A DNA stretch of 64,000 nt from Spirochaetes bacterium ADurb.Bin133 (GTDB lineage: Bacteria > Spirochaetota > GWE2-31-10 > MWDO01). How positions within the stretch are numbered: position 1 is the stretch's first letter; every line of letters starts with the position of its first letter. The notes beneath the pieces were generated by a model. The model saw only the letters and a list, made by a program, of their open reading frames with translations, searched no databases and was not told the DNA's origin. This document shows, one piece after another, positions 1 to 7,994 of this stretch. The stretch spans positions 40,723-104,722 of the forward strand of contig MWDO01000002.1 of assembly GCA_002070605.1 (NCBI GenBank), in the 5' to 3' direction. The translations under genes were made by a program, and so were the position numbers.

Positions 1-5
1 GCTTT

Positions 6-1013
6 ATGGATAATTTTGATAAACAAGAAGTAAAAGATTCTGCAAATAAGATAAAAGCTATCGCTCTTTTTTCAGGCGGTTTAGACTCTATATTAGCGAT
101 AAAACTTGTAGAGAGTCAGGGAATAGAGTGCGTCGCCGTTAATTTCTCCACCCCTTTTTATAAATTAAAAAATTTAGAAAAAATCAAATCTAAGCATGGT
201 ATCGACGTTTTGGACGTAGACGTAACCAAAGATTTTATCGACGTCCTGCAAAATCCAAAATACGGATACGGCTCGGCGATAAATCCTTGCATAGACTGTA
301 AAATTTTAATGATGAAGAAAGCGAAAGAAATGATGATAGAATTCGGCGCCGCTTTTATCGTTACCGGGGAGGTCGAAGGTCAAAGACCTATGTCCCAACA
401 AAAAAGAGCGATGGACATAATTGAACGGGAAGCGGAAGTTAAGGGGATACTATTGCGTCCCCTCTCGGCGTTAATTTTCCCTGAAACAGAAATTGAAAGA
501 AAAAAAATAATCGACAGATCCCTTTTGTTGAATATTTCGGGAAGATCCAGAAAGATTCAAACTGAACTTGCCCGTAAATTTGATATAACAAATTATGAAC
601 AGCCGTCCGGCGGTTGTATTTTGACCGAAAAGTCGTTCAAATATAAACTTATCGACTACTTTAAGCGCGCAAAAAATATTGATTATAACGAACTTAAATT
701 ATTAAAATACGGTAGACACTTTAGAATCGGCGAAAATAAATTTATTGTGGGTAGAAATAAAATCGAAAACGATACGCTTCTAAGTTTGAAAAACGCGTCG
801 GATATTGAGTTTAGCGTAAAAAACTTTATGGGACCGGTAACAATCTTGCAAGGAAAACCGGACGAGCAATCGATAAAAACCGCCGCCTCTTTAACTTTAT
901 CGTATTCGGACTGCAATACGCGCTCCGCGGTTGTCGTTTACGATAATGACAAAGAAATTTTGACCGAATACGTCGATAAAAGCGCTTTTAACGACTTCAA
1001 TATTACTAAATAA
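6..1013 (+). CDS. PP-loop superfamily ATPase (ThiI/MnmA/LarE-like tRNA thiolation-type enzyme)
   Basis: N-terminal SGGLDS PP-loop motif, CxxC pair (NPCIDCK), 335 aa; exact subfamily not resolvable by eye. Confidence 0.55.
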   Translation: MDNFDKQEVKDSANKIKAIALFSGGLDSILAIKLVESQGIECVAVNFSTPFYKLKNLEKIKSKHGIDVLDVDVTKDFIDVLQNPKYGYGSAINPCIDCKILMMKKAKEMMIEFGAAFIVTGEVEGQRPMSQQKRAMDIIEREAEVKGILLRPLSALIFPETEIERKKIIDRSLLLNISGRSRKIQTELARKFDITNYEQPSGGCILTEKSFKYKLIDYFKRAKNIDYNELKLLKYGRHFRIGENKFIVGRNKIENDTLLSLKNASDIEFSVKNFMGPVTILQGKPDEQSIKTAASLTLSYSDCNTRSAVVVYDNDKEILTEYVDKSAFNDFNITK

Positions 1014-1116
1014 TTTTTTTTGTTTTGTATTACTTATTTGACAATCTGGTTTTTTTTTGATATTTATATCATTAGTAGCGCAGTTTTATCTCGCTATCTA
1101 AAAATAATTTATAAGG

Positions 1117-2094
1117 ATGGGAAAAATGGCTATATCTTACAAAAATTTAGGATTAGTTAATACTAAAGAGATGTTTAAAAAGGCTATGGCGGGCAAATAC
1201 GCTATACCGGCTTTCAACTTTAATAATATGGAGCAGATGCAGGCGATAATAACCGCATGCGCCGAAACAAAGTCTCCCGTAATATTGCAAGTATCTAAAG
1301 GGGCAAGAGACTACGCGAATCAAACTCTTCTTAAATATATGGCTCAAGGCGCCGTTCAGATGGCAAAAGAGCTGGGTTGGGAAAATCCTCAAATAGCTTT
1401 ACACTTAGATCACGGCGACACTTTCGAATTAGCTCAGTCCTGTATTGAATCGGGATTTTCTTCAGTTATGATAGACGGATCGCATCACCCATACGAGAAA
1501 AACGTCGAATTGACCAAAAAGGTTGTAGATTTCGCTCACAAATACGACGTTACCGTCGAGGGCGAGCTTGGAATTCTTGCCGGTATAGAGGACGAGGTTT
1601 CAGCGGAAAGCCACACATATACAAAACCGGAAGAGGTAGAAGATTTTGTTAAGAAAACCGGCGTCGATTCGTTGGCTATCTCTATCGGCACCTCTCATGG
1701 AGCTTACAAATTCAAGCCCGGTTCTAATCCTCAAATAAGATTGGATATTCTTGCCGAGATTGAAAAAAGAATACCGGGATTCCCAATAGTTTTACATGGC
1801 GCCTCTTCGGTACCTCAAGATTTGGTAGCTATCGTAAATAAATTCGGCGGAAAAATGGACGACGCCATAGGCATTCCCGAAGATCAATTAAGAAAAGCCG
1901 CCGCTTCAGCCGTTTGCAAGATCAATATCGATTCCGACGGTAGAATTGCAATGACGGCCGCTATTAGAAAAGTTTTTGCCGAAAAACCAAGCGAATTTGA
2001 TCCTAGAAAATATTTGGGACCGGCTCGAGATTCTTTAAAACAACTTTATATACATAAGATAAAAAATGTCTTGGGAAGCGACAATAAAGCGTAA
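1117..2094 (+). CDS. fba: class II fructose-bisphosphate aldolase
   Basis: LHLDHGD and VLHGASS zinc-ligand motifs, 325 aa, upstream sigma70-like promoter and SD. Confidence 0.9.
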   Translation: MGKMAISYKNLGLVNTKEMFKKAMAGKYAIPAFNFNNMEQMQAIITACAETKSPVILQVSKGARDYANQTLLKYMAQGAVQMAKELGWENPQIALHLDHGDTFELAQSCIESGFSSVMIDGSHHPYEKNVELTKKVVDFAHKYDVTVEGELGILAGIEDEVSAESHTYTKPEEVEDFVKKTGVDSLAISIGTSHGAYKFKPGSNPQIRLDILAEIEKRIPGFPIVLHGASSVPQDLVAIVNKFGGKMDDAIGIPEDQLRKAAASAVCKINIDSDGRIAMTAAIRKVFAEKPSEFDPRKYLGPARDSLKQLYIHKIKNVLGSDNKA

Positions 2095-2126
2095 ACAAAA
2101 AACCGGCTAACCGCCGGTTTTTTTAT
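2095..2126. terminator. bidirectional rho-independent terminator between convergent fba and add
   Basis: AACCGGC-taacc-GCCGGTT stem flanked by A-run and T-run. Confidence 0.7.
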
Positions 2127-2127
2127 T

Positions 2128-3165
2128 TTAAGTTAAGCCTTTAAATTCTTTATCCCAAGCTTTGACCGCTCTCTTTACCATCTTCTTCTTTAGTTTATCA
2201 GGCGCAAAACTGGCGTTAAATCCGTTTATTATTACTTTTAAAATGTCGTCTAAACTGAAGCCCAATTTACTATATAAATTCCAATATTCGTCTAAGATAT
2301 TAATATTAAAAAAAGCCGGATCGTCCGTATTTAACGTAACCATTATCCCATTATCAAAAAAATACTTTATCGGATGCTCTTCAATTTTTTGCACGAACCT
2401 CTTAGTAAAAACGTTGCTTGTAGGACACAATTCCAACGGAATTTTATTGTCCGCCAGATATTTTACCAATTCTTTATCCTCGACAGCCGCTATGCCGTGT
2501 CCGATTCTTTCAGCGTCAAGTAAATTTAAAGCGTCCCATACGGAGTCGGGACCGTCGTCCTCTCCGGCGTGAGCCACTCTACGAAACCCGTACGCTTTCG
2601 CTTTTTGAAATACTTCTTGAAATTCCTTTGCGGGACCATTTAGCTCGCTTCCGCCAAGCCCTATCCCTATAATATTCTCCCTGTCGTTATACTCAATAAC
2701 TTTATCCAGATTTTTCATCGCATTCTCTTTACCAAATGTTCTCGAAACGTCGACGATGATCTTAGCAATTAATCTGTTTTTCTTTTTCATCTTTTTTATT
2801 TTTTTAATAAATTGCTCGATAATGTCCTCAAACTGCCAACCGTTATTTAAAAACATGGATGGGGAAAAATAGAGTTCGGTATATACGATACCGTTTGACA
2901 ACATATAATCTTTTATACAGTCAAACAACTCGCTAAAATCGCTTATCTCTTCGTAAGAATTTTGAACTTTTAAAAACGCGTCGATAAATTCATCCAGACT
3001 ATTATAACTAAAAAATTTATCAACATTTTTCATATCTTTAAATTCTGGTTCTTTTCTTGACAAAATTTTAGATACGGTCTTTCTATCGACTACGGCTTCC
3101 GAATGAAGATGAATTTCGGATTTTGGTATTTTTTTTAATTTCTTATAAAAAAGCTCTTTTTCCAT
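2128..3165 (-). CDS. add: adenosine deaminase family protein
   Basis: HLHSE metal site, HAGE motif, SLNTDDPAFF motif, 345 aa. Confidence 0.85.
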   Translation of the reverse strand: MEKELFYKKLKKIPKSEIHLHSEAVVDRKTVSKILSRKEPEFKDMKNVDKFFSYNSLDEFIDAFLKVQNSYEEISDFSELFDCIKDYMLSNGIVYTELYFSPSMFLNNGWQFEDIIEQFIKKIKKMKKKNRLIAKIIVDVSRTFGKENAMKNLDKVIEYNDRENIIGIGLGGSELNGPAKEFQEVFQKAKAYGFRRVAHAGEDDGPDSVWDALNLLDAERIGHGIAAVEDKELVKYLADNKIPLELCPTSNVFTKRFVQKIEEHPIKYFFDNGIMVTLNTDDPAFFNINILDEYWNLYSKLGFSLDDILKVIINGFNASFAPDKLKKKMVKRAVKAWDKEFKGLT

Positions 3166-3266
3166 CTATTAATTCCTGATATAGTTTCTTATCGGTTGCG
3201 CAAATTATAAGATTTAATTAAGTAGGAATATTTTTTAATAAATATCCCTTTTTGTAATAAAAAAGC

Positions 3267-3363
3267 TCTCCGTCGGTTTTTTTGGGCGTGGAAATTCGAC
3301 GCATATGAAACAAATATCTTTAAATAGTAATTTTTTTTATTTCCCAAAAAACCGACGGATTAC
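3267..3363. mobile_element. MITE-like repeat copy 1 (short variant, core degenerate, orientation B)
   Basis: CCGTCGGTTTTTTTGGG ... CCCAAAAAACCGACGG inverted arms around core GACGCATATGAAACAAATAT; flanked by near-identical ATAAAAAAGC / ATAAAAAAAGC direct repeats. Confidence 0.6.
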
Positions 3364-3398
3364 ATAAAAAAAGCGTCAAAAAATGACGCTTTTTTTAT
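3363..3398. terminator. rho-independent terminator downstream of rny (bidirectional form)
   Basis: AGCGTCA-aaaaa-TGACGCT hairpin with A-run 5' and T-run 3'. Confidence 0.65.
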
Positions 3399-3399
3399 T

Positions 3400-4932
3400 C
3401 TATCTTGCATACTCCACATACCTGGATTCCCTTACTACGGTAACTTTAATCTTACCGGGGTATCTCAGTTCCGATTCTATTCTCTTAGCGACGTTCTTTG
3501 CAAGCCCCTCCGCTCCGACGTCGCTAGTCGAAGCGCTATTAAGAACTACTCTCAACTCTCTACCCGCTTGTATAGCGTAAGCCTTCTCAACCCCTTCGTA
3601 GCTTTCGGCTATCTGCTCAAGATTTTCCAATCTTTTAATGTAGCTGTCTATACTCTCTCTTCTCGCCCCCGGTCTGCTTGCGCTAATAGCGTCCGCCGCT
3701 TGAACGATCATCGATTCTAAACAACTCGGTTCCACATCTCCATGGTGACTGACAATTGCGTTCAATATCTTGTCAGATTCCCCCATCTTCTTAGCCATTT
3801 CGTACCCGGCTTCTGTGTGACTACCGTCTCCATCTGAAGCGGCGCCTTTTCCTATATCGTGCAATAATCCGCCTCTTTTTGCAATGTTTACATCGCAACC
3901 TAATTCTGCCGCTAGAGCTCCAGCTATTTTTGCAACCTCTACAGAATGTTGTAAAACATTCTGTCCATAGCTGGTTCTAAAATGCAACCTACCTAAGTTA
4001 ATAATCCCCTCGGTAGATATACCCGGAATACCAATACTTAAAACTGCTTTTTCTCCCTCTTCATAAATCATCTCGTTGACTTCATTGATAACTTTGTTTA
4101 TAACCTCTTCGATTCTAGCCGGGTGTATTCTACCGTCTGCAATCAATCTGGTTAAAGCTATCTTTGCAATCTCTCTTCGCACGGGATCAAAGCTGGAAAT
4201 TACAACCGCTTCAGGCGTATCGTCGATAATAATATCTACTCCGATCAATGTCTCAAGCGTTCGTATGTTCCTTCCTTCTCGTCCAATAATTCTCCCTTTC
4301 ATCTCGTCGTTCGGTAAAGAAACGCTGGTTGTCGTTACGTCGGAAGTTACCTCCGACGCTATTCTTTGAATTGTCGTTACTAAGATCTCTCGAGCCTTTT
4401 TGTTAGCGGTAATATTTGCTTCGTCTTCAATCTTATTAATTAAAATTTGAGCTTCTTGTTTTGCTTTTTCTTCAAGCTCTTTAATCAATAAATTTTTAGC
4501 CTGCTCCGAAGTCATTCCGGATATTCTCTCTAAGTCTTTTAACCACCTATTTTGTAGTTTAACAACTTCGTCGAGTTTATCCGTTAATTCCCTATCTTTG
4601 TCGCCAACGCTTCGCTCTCTTTTCTCTAAATCTCCTACTTTCCTGTCTAATTGCTCCTCTTTTTGTATAATACGCTTTTCTTGTCTTTGTAACTCAACTC
4701 TTCTCTCTTTCGTCTCTTTTTCAAAATTATTGCGCTCTTGAATCAAAAAAGTTTTTGCTTCCAAAAGCAACTCTTTTTTCTGAGAATCAGCTTCAAGTTT
4801 TGCTTCCCTTAATATAATATCAGCTCTATTTTCGGCAGAATTTAGCTTGTTTTTTGCAATCAACATTCTTACAAAAAAACCAACCGCGCCGCCTGAGAGG
4901 AGGGATATAGTCCCAATAATAAAATACCACAT
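3400..4932 (-). CDS. rny: ribonuclease Y
   Basis: N-terminal TM helix, coiled-coil, KH domain (GREGRNIRTLE), HD domain (HHGD), 510 aa. Confidence 0.92.
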   Translation of the reverse strand: MWYFIIGTISLLSGGAVGFFVRMLIAKNKLNSAENRADIILREAKLEADSQKKELLLEAKTFLIQERNNFEKETKERRVELQRQEKRIIQKEEQLDRKVGDLEKRERSVGDKDRELTDKLDEVVKLQNRWLKDLERISGMTSEQAKNLLIKELEEKAKQEAQILINKIEDEANITANKKAREILVTTIQRIASEVTSDVTTTSVSLPNDEMKGRIIGREGRNIRTLETLIGVDIIIDDTPEAVVISSFDPVRREIAKIALTRLIADGRIHPARIEEVINKVINEVNEMIYEEGEKAVLSIGIPGISTEGIINLGRLHFRTSYGQNVLQHSVEVAKIAGALAAELGCDVNIAKRGGLLHDIGKGAASDGDGSHTEAGYEMAKKMGESDKILNAIVSHHGDVEPSCLESMIVQAADAISASRPGARRESIDSYIKRLENLEQIAESYEGVEKAYAIQAGRELRVVLNSASTSDVGAEGLAKNVAKRIESELRYPGKIKVTVVRESRYVEYAR

Positions 4933-5018
4933 CCTATCCTCCAGAAATATATTAATATTTCCATGTTAATTCAATTCTAAATTATTGTCAAGTAAATTTG
5001 TAAATATTTGAGACGCCC

Positions 5019-5078
5019 GCGGTTTCTTGAAGGAAAAAATTGACACATATGGAACAAATATTTTTAATTAGTAAATTA
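5019..5078 (+). promoter_or_regulatory. partial repeat copy 2 carrying candidate promoter TTGACA(5040-5045)-N17-TTTAAT(5063-5068) for ORF 5168
   Basis: core TTGACACATATGGAACAAATATTTTTAAT; the same arrangement is duplicated upstream of paralog at 60984-61499. Confidence 0.5.
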
Positions 5079-5167
5079 TTTATTATTTATTAAAAATTAT
5101 CCGAGTTTTTGTAAAGAGTTTTCTACTTTTAGTTGTTATATATATAAAAGAAAAAGGAGAAAATTTT

Positions 5168-5683
5168 ATGAAAAACAAAAAACATTTATTTCACTTTATA
5201 GTATCTGAATCTATGAATACCAATGTTATAGATTTTTTGCTAAAGGAGTTCAAAATTAATACGTTTAGCAAGTTATTTGAAACTATGTTTCGTCTCGTTA
5301 ACAAAAAAATCCCAAAAATGAAGAGAATAGTCGGAAATCATCGCTCCGAATACGCCGTTATAGATAGCTCCGACGATAAAAGAGTGGATAAATATCTTAG
5401 AATCAGCGAAGCGGACTATCTTCAAATAAAAAGATGGCATTCTTTGTATAACGAATTCGGTATGGCTTCGACGGTTCGCGATATTATCCTGTTTTTCTAT
5501 AACGGCGTTGTAAAATACGGGCTAGAAGGATTTCTTGAGCTTGTTGGCAAGAAATTGAAGGTTGATAAATTGAAAAACGACTTTTTGGATAAAATGACAC
5601 AACTGTTAAATATAACCGCTCGGAAACAGCTATTACACACGCTCGTAATCGAAAATTATCCCAAATACGTTTACTGTACTTAA
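5168..5683 (+). CDS. hypothetical protein, paralog family (171 aa), copy A
   Basis: complete ORF with AAGGAG SD; about 90% aa identity to ORF 60984-61499 on the other strand; no recognisable motif. Confidence 0.7.
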   Translation: MKNKKHLFHFIVSESMNTNVIDFLLKEFKINTFSKLFETMFRLVNKKIPKMKRIVGNHRSEYAVIDSSDDKRVDKYLRISEADYLQIKRWHSLYNEFGMASTVRDIILFFYNGVVKYGLEGFLELVGKKLKVDKLKNDFLDKMTQLLNITARKQLLHTLVIENYPKYVYCT

Positions 5684-6181
5684 AACTATTTGTCATTTTA
5701 TAAAAAACCGGCGAGGCGCCAAATTTATTCATAAAAACATTGACTTTAAATCTATTTTGCAATACAAGTATGCTGGATAGATGTTATGAAATTTTATAAA
5801 TTATTTTTATTTCTGATAATTCTTTTATTCGCTTTCCAACCCGCGTTTGTTAAAGAGAGCGCTTTTATGGATTTTTTCAAGATAAATATCGAGAATGAAT
5901 TAAGAGAGTCTCCTTTAAATAACTTTAATATTTTGGCAAATATAAGAATAACTAAATTATTAAAAATGTTTTTCTTATTTTTGTCTTCGTCTATAAAACA
6001 TATTATTACGGCTATTTCCTTTATTATTGTTTCAAAAATATTTTTTAATAAGATCTTAATACTCTATTCATTATTTTTGAGATCTCCCCCTATTATTTAA
6101 TATAAAAATATTTCATTATTTTCTTTTCGCTAACTTTAATCGATTTTTTTATTATTTGTTTTAAAAAAGGGGGAATTTATA

Positions 6182-6661
6182 ATGAGACTAAAAGATATGT
6201 TAAAAGTCGAGCATTGCAAAATAGGGATTAACGCAAAATCTAAGGACGATATTCTTCATGAATTAGCGGAGTTTTTATCAGCTTCTCATAAAGGAATAAT
6301 TGACAAAGAAGACGCTTATAAATCGTTAAAAGAGAGGGAAAATAAAGGTTCTACCGGAATTGGTAAAGGTCTGGCGGTTCCGCACGGTCAAAGCGATAAA
6401 TTAAACGGAATAGCGTTAATTATCGCTTACGATAAAAATGGCAAAGATTTTAACTCCTACGACAACCGCCCTACGCATCTTTTTTTTGTCGGAATAACCT
6501 CAAGCGAATATAACCCCAACGATCATCTTAAGCTTTTAAAGATTATAGCGGCTATATTTGAAAAATCCAACATCGCTCAACAATTGGAAACGGTAAAAGA
6601 GCCTGCGGATATATACAATCTAATAATAAAAAAAGAGGAAGAGATACTATATAAATTTTAA
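6182..6661 (+). CDS. ptsN: PTS EIIA-Ntr / fructose-type EIIA domain protein (PtsN-like)
   Basis: GKGLAVPHG phosphorylation-site motif, 159 aa. Confidence 0.75.
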   Translation: MRLKDMLKVEHCKIGINAKSKDDILHELAEFLSASHKGIIDKEDAYKSLKERENKGSTGIGKGLAVPHGQSDKLNGIALIIAYDKNGKDFNSYDNRPTHLFFVGITSSEYNPNDHLKLLKIIAAIFEKSNIAQQLETVKEPADIYNLIIKKEEEILYKF

Positions 6662-6667
6662 TAAATC

Positions 6668-6700
6668 GGACTTAATAAAAAATTAATTTTTATTAAGTCC
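6668..6700. terminator. perfect 14-bp-stem hairpin between convergent genes (putative terminator)
   Basis: GGACTTAATAAAAA-attaa-TTTTTATTAAGTCC; no clean U-run so terminator function uncertain. Confidence 0.45.
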
Positions 6701-6710
6701 CGTAAAACAG

Positions 6711-6962
6711 TTATTTTTTGAATTTATCAAAAAGAAATCTAAAAAAAATCAGTAATGCGCTAGCTATCATAGTTATTCCGCCAATAATAAGTGAATTAAC
6801 ATTTTTCATAGATATTCCATACAAAATAGGAATCAGCGAACAACATAGTATCAATATTCCGATAGCGTATGTCATCGGGGTCTCTTTTTGATTGTCTTCT
6901 TCTAAATTTTTTTGAAATTCAGACATTTTCAACCTCCATTTATTGTGAAATGAGAAACGCAA
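6711..6962 (-). CDS. small hypothetical membrane protein (83 aa, 2 TM)
   Basis: ORF with hydrophobic segments; no homology recognised. Confidence 0.4.
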   Translation of the reverse strand: MRFSFHNKWRLKMSEFQKNLEEDNQKETPMTYAIGILILCCSLIPILYGISMKNVNSLIIGGITMIASALLIFFRFLFDKFKK

Positions 6963-6979
6963 ATTAAATAAACAATAGA

Positions 6980-7369
6980 TTAAAAGCGCGCTCTTGGAGG
7001 AGATCTTGAGTAAAGACGGAAAGATATGTCGAAAAAGTAATTGAGACCGATAAATATAATATTATTATATCTAAAACAAGATTGTTTAATTAAAGAAAAA
7101 ATACATGGGGGAACAAATAATCTTTGTTCGGCTCTTTTTTTTATAAAATAATTAGTCGAGAAATTTTCATTTTGTTTTATATGCGATAAAAAATATATCG
7201 ATTTTGATATAGATATAAATTCGTTAGGATATTGATATTTTTTAGTCCATTTCGGATATTTACCGTCTTCAAAAAGAGTAAAAATAAGAACAAAGATTAT
7301 TAACAAAAAAGGAAGAGCAAAATTAGATTTTATTGAAAGATTTTGTCTATTTAGGGCTTTAAATTTCAT
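6980..7369 (-). CDS. hypothetical membrane protein (129 aa)
   Basis: ORF with one TM segment; low complexity; uncertain. Confidence 0.3.
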   Translation of the reverse strand: MKFKALNRQNLSIKSNFALPFLLIIFVLIFTLFEDGKYPKWTKKYQYPNEFISISKSIYFLSHIKQNENFSTNYFIKKRAEQRLFVPPCIFSLIKQSCFRYNNIIFIGLNYFFDISFRLYSRSPPRARF

Positions 7370-7434
7370 TATCGCTATTTACGTAAAATTATTTTATACG
7401 AGCAAAATATTATAAAAAATATTAATAGTCAAGG

Positions 7435-7544
7435 GTAATCCGTCAGTTTTTTGAGGAATAAAAAATATTTGTTCCATATGTGTCATTTTTTTTGAGATAG
7501 AGTCGCGTTACCTATTTTCTTACCCCAAAAAACTGACGGGACAC
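7435..7544. mobile_element. MITE-like repeat copy 3 (long variant, orientation A)
   Basis: GTAATCCGTCAGTTTTTTGAGG ... CCCCAAAAAACTGACGGGACAC; core AAATATTTGTTCCATATGTGTCA; flanked by 8-bp direct repeat AGTCAAGG (7427-7434 and 7545-7552). Confidence 0.7.
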
Positions 7545-7587
7545 AGTCAAGGTTTTATAAAAAATAATGTTAAAATGTTGTATCAAA

Positions 7588-7977
7588 TTACTCCATTACC
7601 GTAATCTTAAAGTACTTAGGCGAAATCGCTTCTAAAATTTTAAAGTTGCCGTATTGCCAATGATATTCTTTTGCGCATAGGAGGTTCAGAAAATATACTT
7701 CGTTGAATTTTAAAGATCGGGTTTTAAGTATCCAGTAAATAAATGATTTCAGTCCGTTGGAATTAATAAAGCGAAGTTTGTAAACGTCTATAACTATATT
7801 TTTAATATTATATTTTAGGGCTTTGTCGTGAATATTGTCAAAAAAAGGTATCAAAACTTCGTCGGGATGAGCGTCTTCAATCGAGCCTTCAACCGATATT
7901 TTAATCGAGTCGTCTTCGCAAACTGTCGAAATTGTATATTTAGGAAATTTAATATCTTCAATTACAAAATTTTCCAT
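7588..7977 (-). CDS. DUF1987/SiaC-like (STAS-like partner-switch fold) protein, tentative
   Basis: MENxxIE start, IxxEGSIED and IVIDVYKLRFINSNGLKSF pattern reminiscent of DUF1987; 129 aa; weak by-eye call. Confidence 0.35.
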   Translation of the reverse strand: MENFVIEDIKFPKYTISTVCEDDSIKISVEGSIEDAHPDEVLIPFFDNIHDKALKYNIKNIVIDVYKLRFINSNGLKSFIYWILKTRSLKFNEVYFLNLLCAKEYHWQYGNFKILEAISPKYFKITVME

Positions 7978-7994
7978 AATTTTTTCTTATTCGT

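Noticed and set aside
683-916. Short antisense or alternative-frame ORFs embedded in well-supported genes. Examples are 683-916, 1153-1392, 2162-2572, 3383-3580, 4076-4369, 5484-5762, 14063-14398, 19091-19539, 20481-20786, 23954-24268, 25159-26277, 38255-39137, 47221-47733 and 62808-63023.
   Set aside because: They lie entirely inside longer ORFs that have clear family motifs on the other strand or frame. They are compositionally biased, rich in Ser/Leu/Phe from AT-rich antisense, and lack start or SD context.
5786-6100. 104-aa ORF downstream of paralog A
   Set aside because: It is extremely Phe/Ile/Leu-rich low-complexity translation of an AT-rich spacer. No SD was found. It is probably not a gene, though a small membrane peptide cannot be excluded.
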